From Mobula birostris (lineage: Eukaryota): 64,000 nt of DNA. Shown piece after piece: positions 63,290 through 64,000 of the stretch (position 1 is the stretch's first letter; each line of letters begins with the position of its first letter). Location: assembly GCF_030028105.1 (NCBI RefSeq), contig NC_092383.1:77603359-77667358 (forward strand). Direction: 5' to 3'. The translations under genes were made by a program, and so were the position numbers. The notes under the pieces are model-generated. The model had not been told where the DNA came from. It ran no database searches and saw only the letters and a list, made by a program, of their open reading frames with translations.

Positions 63290-64000
63290 ATAATGGCACC
63301 TAACGGCAACTCCTTTGCTTACATCTTCAGAAACAGCTTTATTTCCACCTTTAATATCTTTATTTTTCCCTTTCAGGGTTCTTTTGAAGACCCTGACCTG
63401 GAGTTACACGCAGGCTTCGGTTCTTTACGGGAATGGGACCTGTTTTCGGGGTTCCACGACTGGCCATTATTCGACATGCCAAGGGTTTGGCCTGAGAGTC
63501 TCGATCACGTTCGGAAGCCTAAGATCTCGGGGCTCTGGAGACTGGTGGATCGAGGGTCAGGGTCACAGCAGGAGATTCGTGTGTCGTCTGGGAGGCCGTA
63601 AACTCTTTCACTGTGGGCCTGAAGGCCCAAGGTCTTTGTGATCTTTGGACACAGAGCTTGAAAAGAGCGATGAAACAGATTTTTAACATCATAAACCAGC
63701 GGGTTGTTGTTACGTCTCCCGCTCATTGTGAAAGTGGGGGACACCTCCCTCTCACTTGCCAGGGAAAGAGAGAAGACCTATGGTTTGTCGAATGTCGGAT
63801 GAAATGCGAAGACTTTGGGTAACTTTGGTCTGTGTCTTTGCTATTGCTTAGCACACGCTTGGGCTCGGTTACGCTATCGATGTACTTTTTTTGCTGGTGG
63901 GGGAGGTGGGATCGTTGCTTACTGCCGCTTATGCGTGGGAGGGGGAACTGGAGGGGGACTTTGGGATTCTCACGTCTAACTGTCGTTCATTCTTTGGGGC
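63290..64000 (+). mobile_element. Probable non-autonomous retroelement, runs off the window
   Basis: Starts atggcacc (Rex-like 5' end), CpG-rich non-coding body, abuts a minus-strand Rex 3' tail at 63125-63280. Confidence 0.45.

Overview
This is eukaryotic, repeat-dominated DNA with no recognisable intact host gene. The repeat set is CR1 LINEs, Rex1/Babar LINEs, HE1-type V-SINEs, SacSINE1/Deu-like relics, Penelope-like GIY-YIG elements, RTE derivatives, Tc1 and hAT elements. That mix points to a cartilaginous fish, probably a ray (inference). The window reads as intronic or intergenic. The best-preserved element is a full-length CsRn1-clade Ty3/Gypsy provirus (45307-49705, minus strand). It has 286-bp LTRs, a GTGT target-site duplication, a tRNA-Trp primer site, a CHCC Gag and a disabled pol, and it sits inside an older Gypsy relic. 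Other notable structures: a Tc1 deletion family ending in a 57-bp TIR-TIR hairpin (3 copies); many dispersed Penelope-type minimal hammerhead ribozyme motifs; a near full-length but rearranged CR1; an 18-bp minisatellite grown from an RTE 5' end; several repeat-free enhancer-like islands; and a few low-confidence candidate exons of an unidentified gene. Most ORFs in the supplied track are TE fragments or chance ORFs. Boundaries of degenerate repeats were read by eye and are approximate. I found no prokaryotic-type system and nothing I can firmly call a new biological system.
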